DNA of 64,000 nucleotides from Fidelibacterota bacterium. GTDB lineage: Bacteria > Fidelibacterota > UBA2242 > JAFGTP01. This document shows positions 31,882 through 41,375 of the stretch, in pieces; position 1 is the stretch's first letter; each line of letters opens with the position of its first letter. The stretch is taken from positions 14,778 to 78,777 of the forward strand of contig JAFGTP010000054.1 in the NCBI GenBank assembly GCA_016934035.1. The letters run 5' to 3'. Made by a program: the position numbers and the translations under genes. The notes beneath the pieces are model-generated. The model was not told the origin of the DNA and searched no databases. It saw only the letters and a list, made by a program, of their open reading frames with translations.

Positions 31882-32727
31882 ATGTTTAAATTATTCATAC
31901 TCATTAAAGTCGAACTGATTAAAATTTTTGCAAAACCCAGAACCTATATCGGTTTTATCACTGTCGGGGTTCTGATTCCTCTGATCATGGTCCTGATCCG
32001 CTGGTTTGGGTTTGCGCTGCCGGAATATTATCTCCGTCAACTGAGCCAAAATTTCGACATGCAGGGCAGCCTGGTAAACGGTTATCTGGTTTCCTATTAT
32101 CTGATGTCCATTCTCTGGATTCATTTTCCTTTTTTCATCATCCTAGTGGCCGGAGATTCATTTGCCGGCGAAGACTCTCATGGGACTTTCAGACTTTTAT
32201 TGACCAGACCGGTTTCTCGTATTCAGGTATTGACTGCAAAATACATCAGTACATTTATCTATACAGCGACAATGGTTAGTTTTTTGGGTGTGATTTCCCT
32301 GGGGTCAGGAAATTTACTGCTAGGCAGTGGGGATCTGTTTGTATTTGACAAAGGCATTTTGATTCTCTCGCAAAATGAAGCAGTTTCAAGGTTTTTAATT
32401 GCCTATAGCCTGGCAATTTTCGTCCAACTTGTTGTGGCTTCTCTGGCCATACTCTTGTCCACTATTTCCGAAAACCCGGTTGGCCCGATTGTGGGCAGTT
32501 ATGCGGTGATCATCGTCTCCATCATTCTATCGATGATCAAGGTTGATGCTTTGCGGGGCCTGCATCCGTATCTGTTTACATCTTATTTTGATGTCTTTTT
32601 TGCTCCCTTTGCCGACCCGATTCCCTGGAAAGAAATCTGGGGTAGCGTCTTTGCACTGTTTAAATTTGGGGTCTTGTTTTTTATTTTGTCCGTCATACGA
32701 TTTGTCAGAAAGGACATTACCTCCTGA
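31882..32727 (+). CDS. ABC-2 type transporter permease
   Basis: Six hydrophobic segments; AGE...GT.RLLLTRPVSR...AK motif. Confidence 0.88.
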   Translation: MFKLFILIKVELIKIFAKPRTYIGFITVGVLIPLIMVLIRWFGFALPEYYLRQLSQNFDMQGSLVNGYLVSYYLMSILWIHFPFFIILVAGDSFAGEDSHGTFRLLLTRPVSRIQVLTAKYISTFIYTATMVSFLGVISLGSGNLLLGSGDLFVFDKGILILSQNEAVSRFLIAYSLAIFVQLVVASLAILLSTISENPVGPIVGSYAVIIVSIILSMIKVDALRGLHPYLFTSYFDVFFAPFADPIPWKEIWGSVFALFKFGVLFFILSVIRFVRKDITS

Positions 32728-33389
32728 TGAAAAGAGTTCTTTTCCTGCTTATACTTTCCTCACTTCTTTTGGCCCAAAAAGGACCGAAGGAGATTGTTGA
32801 AAAAATTTCCGATAAATACAAAACCATAGAAAAAATGGAAATGAAGGTCAGGATTGTGGCTGATATACCCAATCTGAGAATGCCGGAAAAAACCATCAGG
32901 CTTTATTATAAAGCGCCGGATTCTTTAAAAATGGCGGCCAGTGGGTTTGCCCTTTTACCCAAAAACGGGATCTTGCCCTTCATGGATTTGGGCAATTTTG
33001 TTGGTGACAGCGCCTCTTTTGATACCATTGTTACCGACACTTTGAACGGAAAGGAAATGTGGGTATTTACGATGTCAAAGCCCTTGACTGGCCCTGAAGA
33101 GCACATCACTTTTTGGGTGAACAAAGGGTCGGAAATAATAGAAAAGATAACCATAACCAACAACAAGGATATCCTTTCAGAAATTAGTTTTTGCTATCAA
33201 AATATCGACGGATTCTGGTTGCCTGATACAACCCGGTTTGATTTTTATATGAACAGACGGATACCCTATGCTTTGGCACCCAGCATCACCAATCCCTTTG
33301 GCAGCGTTGATATTGGCTCGAAAGAAGACCATTTTAATAACAGAGGAGAAGTCCGGCTCATTTTTTTTGATTTCAGGATCAATCCTTGA
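32727..33389 (+). CDS. LolA-like periplasmic beta-rich protein
   Basis: Signal peptide, beta-strand pattern (YYKAPD.LK, ITFWV, DGFWLP); coupled to the ABC genes. Confidence 0.55.
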   Translation: MKRVLFLLILSSLLLAQKGPKEIVEKISDKYKTIEKMEMKVRIVADIPNLRMPEKTIRLYYKAPDSLKMAASGFALLPKNGILPFMDLGNFVGDSASFDTIVTDTLNGKEMWVFTMSKPLTGPEEHITFWVNKGSEIIEKITITNNKDILSEISFCYQNIDGFWLPDTTRFDFYMNRRIPYALAPSITNPFGSVDIGSKEDHFNNRGEVRLIFFDFRINP

Positions 33390-33402
33390 ACGAAAGATTG
33401 CA

Positions 33403-33918
33403 ATGACGAATGCAGAAATTACCCTTCTCGGAATTTTGAACGAAAACCCGAACCATGCTTATCAACTGGAGCACCTGCTTCAGGAAAAAAACCTGAAGGA
33501 TAAAGTCGATCTGGCTTTTTCGTCTATCTATGCCACACTGAAAAAACTTGAAAAAAGGGGTATGGTTTTGGGCCATATCCAAAAATTACCCAAGCAGCCG
33601 GAGAAAAAAATTTACAGCATTACGGAAAAGGGTAAACAAGAGCTAATAGAAAATCTGAAACAAAATCTGTCAAAACCGGAATTTGAAAAATCGTCATTTG
33701 AATTATGCCTCCATTTTTCTAACTTTATTCCCAAACTTGAACTGAAAGAGATTTTGAAAATTTACGAAGCTGAATTGACCAGAATGATACAAAACCAGAT
33801 CAAAGAGATTACCATTTTGAAGACGGAAGATCCTGTTAAGCGGGCCCTTTTTAACCGGTCCCTAAAACTTTGGCAGGCCGAGAAACAATGGTTGAAAGAA
33901 CTCATAATCTTGATTTAA
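33403..33918 (+). CDS. PadR-family transcriptional regulator
   Basis: LLGIL...HAYQL...SSIY.TLKKLEKRG...KKIYSITEKG. ATG 33403 chosen. Confidence 0.88.
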   Translation: MTNAEITLLGILNENPNHAYQLEHLLQEKNLKDKVDLAFSSIYATLKKLEKRGMVLGHIQKLPKQPEKKIYSITEKGKQELIENLKQNLSKPEFEKSSFELCLHFSNFIPKLELKEILKIYEAELTRMIQNQIKEITILKTEDPVKRALFNRSLKLWQAEKQWLKELIILI

Positions 33919-33930
33919 CAGGGAACGAAC

Positions 33931-34257
33931 GTGGAAGACTATATCAATTATCTGATGAATAATCCTTCGGCAATGCTGATTGCCGGCATTATCCTGGTTA
34001 TCATCGTGTTTTTCCTTTTAAAAAAATTAATTAAACTGGCTGTAATATTGTTTATCATTTTTATCATCATCGCCGCGCTGAACTTTAATCACTTCAATGC
34101 CAGTGAACTGATAGACAAAATCAAAAAAGATGCAAAAGAATTTAAAGAGAAAGATACGATATCCGTGACTGAAAAAGTTCAGGAAAACATCAAAGAGTAC
34201 AAAGACAAGGTCGTCAGGGACGTCAAAGAAAAAGTCAAAGCGCCGCGATCCAAATAA
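33931..34257 (+). CDS. small membrane protein with two TM helices and a charged tail
   Basis: Hydrophobic hairpin followed by a Lys/Glu-rich helix; GTG start. Confidence 0.65.
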   Translation: MEDYINYLMNNPSAMLIAGIILVIIVFFLLKKLIKLAVILFIIFIIIAALNFNHFNASELIDKIKKDAKEFKEKDTISVTEKVQENIKEYKDKVVRDVKEKVKAPRSK

Positions 34258-34324
34258 TCCACCATTTCATTTCCCCCCAAAATTATTTATCTAAAAATTG
34301 TAAACTTATTAGCCGGAGGTATAA

Positions 34325-35704
34325 ATGGCAAAATTTCCAATTGAGCCTTTTCGCATCAAAGTCGTTGAACCCATAAAAAAAACAAACCGTCAGGAACGTG
34401 AACAAATCATTAAAGAAGCCAGATACAATATTTTCAACATTGATTCCGAAAAGGTTTATGTTGATTTGCTTACCGATAGTGGCACAGGCGCCATGAGTGA
34501 TAATCAATGGGCCGGTATCATGCTGGGTGATGAAGCCTATGCCAACTGCCGGAATTGGAAAAATTTTGAAAGAGTTTTAAAGGAAATCACCGGATTGAAA
34601 CACATTATTCCGACCCATCAGGGCCGGGCAGCGGAAACCCTGCTTTTTGGTACCCTGGTCCGGCCGGGAATGATCGTTCCGAATAACAATCATTTTGACA
34701 CCACCTTTGCCAATATCATGGAATACGGGGGAGACCCACAAAATTTTGTCGATGAACCTGGTAAGGATACGGAAATCTTTCACCCTTTTAAAGGGAACAT
34801 TAACATCCCAAAACTGGATACTTTCTTGGCTGCAAACAAGGAACGGGTACCCATTATCATGCTGACCGTGACCAATAATTCCGGCGGAGGGCAACCGGTG
34901 TCCATGGAAAATATTCGGCAGGTCCGTGAATTGGCCGACAAATACCATAAGCCTTTTTTTTTCGATGCCTGCCGCTTTGCTGAAAACGCCTATTTCATCA
35001 AAACCCGTGAAAAAGGATATGAAAATAAAAGTGTTCGGGATATTGTCCGGGAAATGTTTTCCTATGTTGACGGAGCTACCATGTCTGCCAAAAAAGATGG
35101 TATGGCCAACATGGGCGGTTTTGTGGCTGTCAATGATGATTGGCTGGCCGACAAACTCAGAGAAAAACTGATTCTTAAAGAAGGGTTTCTCACCTATGGT
35201 GGACTGTCAGGTCGCGATCTGGAGGCCCTGGCCAGAGGTTTTGAAGAGGTGTTGCAGGAAGATTACCTGGAATATCGAATCGGGCAGGTGCGATTTCTGG
35301 GTGAATTGCTGGAAGAAGCCGGTATTCCTTTTCTGAAGCCTACAGGCGGACATGCTGTTTATCTGGATGCGAAAAAAATAATGGACCATATTCCACAAAA
35401 CCATTTGCCGGCCCAGTCCCTGGTGGTGGAATTATACAAACAGGGAGGTATTCGATCTGTTGAAATTGGCAGCTTTATGTTTGCTGTGCCGGACAGACAA
35501 ACCGGAGAGATAAAATACCCGGCCCTGGAACTGGTACGGCTGGCTTTGCCCAGAAGAGTGTATACCAATTCCCATCTTTTTTATGTGGCAGAGGTTATTC
35601 GGGAAATATACGGCTACCGGCATCAATGCAAGGGTATGAAAATCGTCGCAAAAGGTGAAAGCAGTCTGAGGCACTTTGTGGCTGAACTGGAATATATTGA
35701 ATGA
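34325..35704 (+). CDS. tnaA: tryptophanase (beta-eliminating lyase family; tyrosine phenol-lyase less likely)
   Basis: EPFRIK, DLLTDSGT, THQGRAAE, RFAENAYFIK, PLP-Lys motif SAKKD and RLALPRRVYT; GGAGG SD. Confidence 0.85.
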   Translation: MAKFPIEPFRIKVVEPIKKTNRQEREQIIKEARYNIFNIDSEKVYVDLLTDSGTGAMSDNQWAGIMLGDEAYANCRNWKNFERVLKEITGLKHIIPTHQGRAAETLLFGTLVRPGMIVPNNNHFDTTFANIMEYGGDPQNFVDEPGKDTEIFHPFKGNINIPKLDTFLAANKERVPIIMLTVTNNSGGGQPVSMENIRQVRELADKYHKPFFFDACRFAENAYFIKTREKGYENKSVRDIVREMFSYVDGATMSAKKDGMANMGGFVAVNDDWLADKLREKLILKEGFLTYGGLSGRDLEALARGFEEVLQEDYLEYRIGQVRFLGELLEEAGIPFLKPTGGHAVYLDAKKIMDHIPQNHLPAQSLVVELYKQGGIRSVEIGSFMFAVPDRQTGEIKYPALELVRLALPRRVYTNSHLFYVAEVIREIYGYRHQCKGMKIVAKGESSLRHFVAELEYIE

Positions 35705-35728
35705 GTTGGGTGGGATTAGTAGAGTACG

Positions 35729-35762
35729 AAAGGGATTTTCTGTTTAGAAAATCCCTTTTTTT
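35729..35762 (+). terminator. intrinsic terminator of tnaA, overlapping the 3' end of the convergent gene
   Basis: AAAGGGATTTTCT-GTTT-AGAAAATCCCTTT then TTTT. Confidence 0.85.
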
Positions 35763-37003
35763 ATATTCGCTGAAGCTTTGACTGCCTTTTTGAACAGGGC
35801 AAAATCCGACCTGTTTTTCGGGATCAGAATATCTGCCATGTTGATCTTTTCATCCTTTTCAACGTCCCTTTTCAGAATGACATCATCGGCTAGGCAAATG
35901 GGCAATCCCGGATGGTTTTTCTGATCGGCACAATTTTCAATCATACCATAGCATTCAAAACCGCCTAATCCATCGAGTTTTGTTCCTGCTTTCAGGGACC
36001 GTTTTGCATAGGCAAAGACATTGGCCTGGAAACCCCGAATAGGCTGTAGTAAAATTTTTTGATGCCGGACAGCCTCAACTATTGTTGACATACCCTCGAT
36101 GTGGCAGAGGTGGTAAGGGCGGTACAGCAAATAATAGGGACCGTTCCCCATTTTATAATATTTCAGCATTTCCCGCTGGTAGGGATGGTCACAATAGCCA
36201 ACGGCAAAGACCCCACCGTCAGGCTTGGCCCCCAATACATAATCAACAACCGGAATTTTGTCCTTCCAAAGGTGATCAAAATCGAAAAGGTCAAATACCT
36301 CAGAAACATGGTTCGCAGGAGGGCCATACATGCCCGGCAAGGCTGTCTGCATACCATAGGCATTGGCCAGCAGGGCCATTTCGATATTGAGTTTTGTACC
36401 GTCGGTATAGGAGGTACACATTTTATAATCCAGGTTGCGCTTGTCGGCTTCCGGTATAATCATCCGGGGATTGGCATAGCGGTCAAGATAACCTTTTATA
36501 TTTCCGGCCATTACCAGTTCAAACCCCCAGTTTTGCAGGTCGTCAATCAAATGTTTGATGACGCCGTACTGGTCGCCGTCTATACTGGTGTAGATCATGT
36601 TTTTTTCCCGGGACAATTGCACCAGGTAGGGCCCGTAAAGCAGATCAATTTCCGCATTCATAAGAACCAGGTGTTTTCCATTCTCCAGAGCTGAAACCGC
36701 ATAATTTCCGCCTTCGATAATGGAACTGGAGGCCTCGACAACTGCATCAATTGTTTCACATTTTGGAATTAATTCGCTCTTTTCTGTGGCTGCGATTTTA
36801 TTTTCAGAAACAGCCTGGTGCATTTCTGCCAGGGAATTCACAATTTTGTAGGGAAGTTCGAGTCGTTCCAGAAAATTAACACAGGTTTCGATTTTCAGGT
36901 CTGATATCGCTACACACTGAATTTCCGAATGGATTGAAGCCTGGTAAAGCAAACCTTTTCCCATGGCCCCGCAACCGATGATGCCGATCTGAATTTTTTT
37001 CAT
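35744..37003 (-). CDS. NAD(P)-dependent oxidoreductase with C-terminal SAF domain (COG4091, homoserine dehydrogenase-like)
   Basis: GCGAMG Rossmann motif, MNAE.D, DGDQ, DGTK..IEM, RPYHL and AKR.L..G..LDG.GG. Confidence 0.85.
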   Translation of the reverse strand: MKKIQIGIIGCGAMGKGLLYQASIHSEIQCVAISDLKIETCVNFLERLELPYKIVNSLAEMHQAVSENKIAATEKSELIPKCETIDAVVEASSSIIEGGNYAVSALENGKHLVLMNAEIDLLYGPYLVQLSREKNMIYTSIDGDQYGVIKHLIDDLQNWGFELVMAGNIKGYLDRYANPRMIIPEADKRNLDYKMCTSYTDGTKLNIEMALLANAYGMQTALPGMYGPPANHVSEVFDLFDFDHLWKDKIPVVDYVLGAKPDGGVFAVGYCDHPYQREMLKYYKMGNGPYYLLYRPYHLCHIEGMSTIVEAVRHQKILLQPIRGFQANVFAYAKRSLKAGTKLDGLGGFECYGMIENCADQKNHPGLPICLADDVILKRDVEKDEKINMADILIPKNRSDFALFKKAVKASANIKKGIF

Positions 37004-37171
37004 AACACCTCTTTAGGATTATTTTTGACAACAGGCAAATTAAAAATCAAATTAGTTGAAAAAGATGAAATTTTGAAAAGCTTTTTATTGAAAAAAATTT
37101 AACCTGTTAAGAATGTTTGAAACTCGTGAAGGGTTGTTTAAATTGGGTCGAAAAAAACCAAAGGTCTGATT

Positions 37172-38089
37172 GTGCAAAAGATAGCGATTAACAATATAGC
37201 AAAAGCCATCATTGCCTGTATGCTCTGGTCAACGGCTTTTGCCGGCATCAAAATCGGCCTTCAGTACACAAAACCATTATCTTTCGCCGGTATTCGGTTT
37301 ATGCTGTCCGGAGTGCTGCTGATGTTTTTTGCGGGGAGACCCGGCAACTATTTCAAAACAGTATTTGTAAATTTCAGGCTGATTGTTGTCTTGAGTTTTG
37401 TCCAAACTTTCCTGGTTTACGGACTTTTTTATACAGGCATCACTTTCGTTGATGGTGCTTTGGCAGCTATCATTATCGGGTCTTCACCGCTGGTTACGGC
37501 AATTGCTGCTCATTTTTTGATGGACCATGATAAAATGACAATGAAAAAGACAGCAGCCCTGGTCTTTGGTATTGTCGGAATGATTATTATTACTGTCAGC
37601 CATAAGCCATGGGTGATGACCGGATTAAAAGAGGTGGCAGGAATATTGATCCTGTTGATGAGTACTGCATCAGGCTCAATTGGCAATGTGCTGGTAGCGA
37701 AATATCGCCAAGTAGTCAAACCCATGATTTTCAGTTCTGCGCAACTTTTTCTGGGGGGCTTCGGACTGTTGCTTTTTTCAATTCCTGTGGAAGGCGTGCC
37801 AAAATTGATTCGGGTCAAAGAATATTACGTTGCCTTGGGATGGTTGGCGTTTCTGTCAGCAGCTGCCTTTGCACTTTGGTTTAATCTGTTGAAAAAACCG
37901 GAAATCAAAGTATCGGAACTCAATGTCTGGAAATTCATCATTCCGCTTTTCGGTGCGATTTTCAGTTGGATTTTACTGCCTGAAGAACAGCCGGAAATTT
38001 TCGCCATCACAGGAATGATTTTGGTGGCCTTTTCAATCGTTTTATACCAGTATTTTGCTGACGAAAAAGGCAGAAAACTGCAGCGATAA
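37172..38089 (+). CDS. DMT/EamA-family transporter
   Basis: About 10 TM helices in two EamA repeats (LWSTAF, RF, FIIPLFGA..SW..L.E). Confidence 0.88.
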   Translation: MQKIAINNIAKAIIACMLWSTAFAGIKIGLQYTKPLSFAGIRFMLSGVLLMFFAGRPGNYFKTVFVNFRLIVVLSFVQTFLVYGLFYTGITFVDGALAAIIIGSSPLVTAIAAHFLMDHDKMTMKKTAALVFGIVGMIIITVSHKPWVMTGLKEVAGILILLMSTASGSIGNVLVAKYRQVVKPMIFSSAQLFLGGFGLLLFSIPVEGVPKLIRVKEYYVALGWLAFLSAAAFALWFNLLKKPEIKVSELNVWKFIIPLFGAIFSWILLPEEQPEIFAITGMILVAFSIVLYQYFADEKGRKLQR

Positions 38090-38188
38090 TCGGTTAAAAG
38101 CCTTGTTTGTCCAGATTTACAATTGTATTTCCTATAAAAAAATTATATTTTGTGAAATGTAAAATAACTAATTCAAAGGAGAAGAGGC

Positions 38189-41100
38189 ATGATGAGAAAA
38201 ATTTTAATCCTGCTGACAATCTCATATTCTTTATATGGAGAAAATATAAAAAATTTTCCGGGTTTTTGGGTTAGTCCGTACTACAACGAGCAATATTTGA
38301 CGTTTAAATATTTGCCGCAAATCAAAATTCACATTAATGCTCCGGCCATTGAAGATTACGATCCGGAGAAACCCATCAGCCTGGTGCTTTTTGCCCTGCC
38401 AAACGGGAATACCATTGAGCAGACAGTGGGCAAAGAGATGGGCGGAGATACTGACTGGCATTATGACATTCAGCATATCGGCGCACAGACCCGTTTTTTG
38501 AGAAATATGGACACAGGGTGTAACATTATTACTGTTTATCTGGAGACAGAACAAAAAAGTTGGCCGGCATGGAAAATTGCGACAATCGGGTATGAGAAAA
38601 TCATAAAGGAATGTGTTGAGCATTTACAACAGGCTTTTACTCATGATGTGAAGGTAATTCTCACCGGACATAGCGGTGGCGGACGATTTGTTTTTTCCTA
38701 TATGGATGCTTTTACCGATATTCCGGAATACGTCTCACGTATTTGTTTTCTTGACAGCGATTACGGCTATGATGATCACTATGGTGCCAAACTGAAAAAC
38801 TGGCTGAATGCTTCGGCAACCCATTGTCTCAGTGTCATTGCTTACAATGATAGTGTTGCTCTTTATAATGGACAGCCGGTTGTGTCCGCTACGGGCGGGA
38901 CCTGGTATCGCAGCAAGATGATGAAAAACTACCTGGATGATTTTTACCCTTTTACCACCGATGAAAATGAAGAAATAATCAATCACCGTGCTTTAGATGG
39001 ACGGATTTCCATAATATTGAAAAAAAACCCTGACAGAGCGATTTTGCACACAGTCCAGGTGGAAAGAAATGGTTTCATTCACACGATGCTAACGGGGAGC
39101 GAATGGGAAAACAAGGGTTATACATATTACGGTGATCCTGTTTATGATGAATATATTCAGGAAGAGGAATTGCCACAACCCAGGGCTATGATACCGTTGC
39201 GATCTCAGGGCTCCCAAACAGGATCGGAATTCATGAACAAAATCAAAAACATGGCGTTTTTGGAACGGGAAGAGGCCATTTACCATGAATTTATCAAAGG
39301 CAATCTGCCTGATTTTTTAAGGCAAAGAACACTCCTTGAAGACAATTTTGCCGATGGAAACGGAATTCAACATTCTGTTCAATATAAAGTCATGCCCGAT
39401 TATCTGGCTGTGGGATGTGATACCAATTTTTGCCGTATTCCCATGGGGCCTGTCACAGCCCAGCGGATTGCGGATTTCTATGGCATGTCCATGCCCACTA
39501 GCAAACTGGTGGATAATATTTATCAAAAGGCCATGATAAAACTGGCGCCGGTGACCTATGCACCGGTTGGTAATGAAAATGAGAAGGTGGAAAAATTCAT
39601 CCTCCATAACGAAGCTATCAGTCAGCAATTCATTGATGCTCAGGGAATTTTGGGGCAGCTTACGGGCGGCATCAAAAAGGATGTGATTATTTCCAATAAA
39701 CTCAGCGACACCTCCAGGGACCATCATGTGGTCATTTATGGCTGGCACAAACCAGATGGCACACCGATTCAACCTATTTATAACGGACACATTAATTCCT
39801 ATGTGGATTACAGTCACGGTATCAGGTTGTTTGAGACTCAAATTATGGTCGATGGAGAAGCAAAATCCATTCACCAAATTTTGAGAGATCCGGTGATGTA
39901 CAAAATTCTGAGCAATGAGGCTGGCATTATGACCCGGACCTCCTATATTTCAGATTCCAATTTACCGGATAAACCCCAATCCTTCGGTGTGGAATCTATG
40001 GGTGAAAGCAGTTTAAAAGTCCGTGTAAAAGCTGATAGCAGTGTCGACCGTTATCATCTTTACACCAGTCATTACGGCAGTTCTTTTGATCCTGTTGCAA
40101 TTTTTACAAATCATGAATATTTAATCGAAGGTTTGGAAAGAGATGAGATTTTATTCCTCCGGTTGCGAGCGGAAAACAGTGCCGGGCTATCAGATTATTC
40201 TGAAGTACTGGCTGCAATTCCATCGGGCGAAGCAAAACCCAGAGCATTGGTGGTCAATGGCTATGACCGCTCACAAACTGGAAACACATATGATTTTATC
40301 AGACAGCATGGTATGGCCATGGAAAAATCAGGGGCTGTATTTGATGCTGCAACCAATGAAGCGGTCCTTGATGGATTGTTTTCAATGGAAGACTATTTTA
40401 TGCTGGATTATATCTTAGGGGACGAGTCCACTGTGGATGAGACTTTTTCCGGTTCAGAGCAACTGCTGATAAAAAATTATCTGCAGCAAGGCGGGAACCT
40501 CCTGGTCAGCGGTTCGGAAATAGCCTGGGACCTGGACTACAAAGGGTCCTCAGGCGATCAATCATTTTTTTATAATTTTTTGAAAGCCAAATATTCAGCC
40601 GATGCGCCGGGTGGACAAGCCGGACTTCATTACACAGCTGCCGGTGTTGAAAAGAGTATATTTGAAGGGTTGGAAAATATTGATTTCAGTAATGATAATC
40701 TGGATATCAGGTGGGCCGATGCCTTGACAACGGCCAATGGCAGCCAGGTTATTTTGCACTACACCGGCGTCACTTCCCATAAAAATGCTGCTGTCAGTTT
40801 TGAGGGCCTGTTCTCAAACGGCACCACTCCGGGTAAACTGGTCTATATCGGATTTCCTTTTGAAATGATCAAGTTAACCAGTATTCGCAATGAGATGATG
40901 GCCAGAATTCTGGGTTTTTTTGTGACGCCGACATCAGGAGCCCACCAGGATGATGTTCAATCACCCCAAAAATTTTCATTATCTCAAAACTACCCGAACC
41001 CTTTTAACCCGACTACGACGATTGACTATCAATTGCCGCAAAGCTGTGATGTAACCATCAACATTTATGATTTGGATGGAAAAATAGTCCGGTCCCTTGT

Positions 41101-41257
41101 GCATACCCGGCAATCAGCCAGCAACTATCAAATTCACTGGGATGGCAAAAACATTCACGGTGAATCCGTCGCCAGTGGGATGTATTTATACCGGTTGATC
41201 GCCAAATCTTCTGAACGGACTTATTCAGCATCAAAAAAAATGCTTTTATTGCAATAA
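38189..41257 (+). CDS. secreted multidomain protein: alpha/beta hydrolase, uncharacterised domain, FN3, glutamine-amidotransferase-like domain and type-A-like sorting/FlgD-Ig CTD
   Basis: Signal peptide, GHSGGG elbow, LRLRAENSAGLSDYS (FN3), YLQQGGNLLVSG and QNYPNPFNPTTTI...IYDLDG...WDG...SGMYLY...KKMLLLQ. Confidence 0.7.
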   Translation: MMRKILILLTISYSLYGENIKNFPGFWVSPYYNEQYLTFKYLPQIKIHINAPAIEDYDPEKPISLVLFALPNGNTIEQTVGKEMGGDTDWHYDIQHIGAQTRFLRNMDTGCNIITVYLETEQKSWPAWKIATIGYEKIIKECVEHLQQAFTHDVKVILTGHSGGGRFVFSYMDAFTDIPEYVSRICFLDSDYGYDDHYGAKLKNWLNASATHCLSVIAYNDSVALYNGQPVVSATGGTWYRSKMMKNYLDDFYPFTTDENEEIINHRALDGRISIILKKNPDRAILHTVQVERNGFIHTMLTGSEWENKGYTYYGDPVYDEYIQEEELPQPRAMIPLRSQGSQTGSEFMNKIKNMAFLEREEAIYHEFIKGNLPDFLRQRTLLEDNFADGNGIQHSVQYKVMPDYLAVGCDTNFCRIPMGPVTAQRIADFYGMSMPTSKLVDNIYQKAMIKLAPVTYAPVGNENEKVEKFILHNEAISQQFIDAQGILGQLTGGIKKDVIISNKLSDTSRDHHVVIYGWHKPDGTPIQPIYNGHINSYVDYSHGIRLFETQIMVDGEAKSIHQILRDPVMYKILSNEAGIMTRTSYISDSNLPDKPQSFGVESMGESSLKVRVKADSSVDRYHLYTSHYGSSFDPVAIFTNHEYLIEGLERDEILFLRLRAENSAGLSDYSEVLAAIPSGEAKPRALVVNGYDRSQTGNTYDFIRQHGMAMEKSGAVFDAATNEAVLDGLFSMEDYFMLDYILGDESTVDETFSGSEQLLIKNYLQQGGNLLVSGSEIAWDLDYKGSSGDQSFFYNFLKAKYSADAPGGQAGLHYTAAGVEKSIFEGLENIDFSNDNLDIRWADALTTANGSQVILHYTGVTSHKNAAVSFEGLFSNGTTPGKLVYIGFPFEMIKLTSIRNEMMARILGFFVTPTSGAHQDDVQSPQKFSLSQNYPNPFNPTTTIDYQLPQSCDVTINIYDLDGKIVRSLVHTRQSASNYQIHWDGKNIHGESVASGMYLYRLIAKSSERTYSASKKMLLLQ

Positions 41258-41375
41258 AAACAGATTTTCACCGCCATCGCAACAAATATTGGTTCATAAC
41301 AATATCGATTGGATTTACGGCTACCCAATTTTAAAAAAAATTTAGTTGAAGCAGATCGGAATGATTCAGTTGATT

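Noticed and set aside
33268-33402. Long N-terminal extensions from the ORF track (PadR here; also Nudix 22811, rlmN 49519, mpl 53897)
   Set aside because: They overlap neighbouring genes or promoters and lack family similarity; downstream ATGs fit the family N-termini.
34258-34324. tnaC-type leader peptide upstream of tryptophanase
   Set aside because: The 67-bp gap contains no ATG-initiated, Trp-containing mini-ORF.
36082-36694. Long antisense or alternate-frame ORFs (e.g. 36101-36694, 39317-39877, 1420-1824)
   Set aside because: Shadow ORFs of well-supported genes, with no motifs or translation signals.
39180-39960. Possible DGR target because of the CLec-like fold
   Set aside because: No reverse transcriptase and no TR/VR near-duplicate seen in the window.
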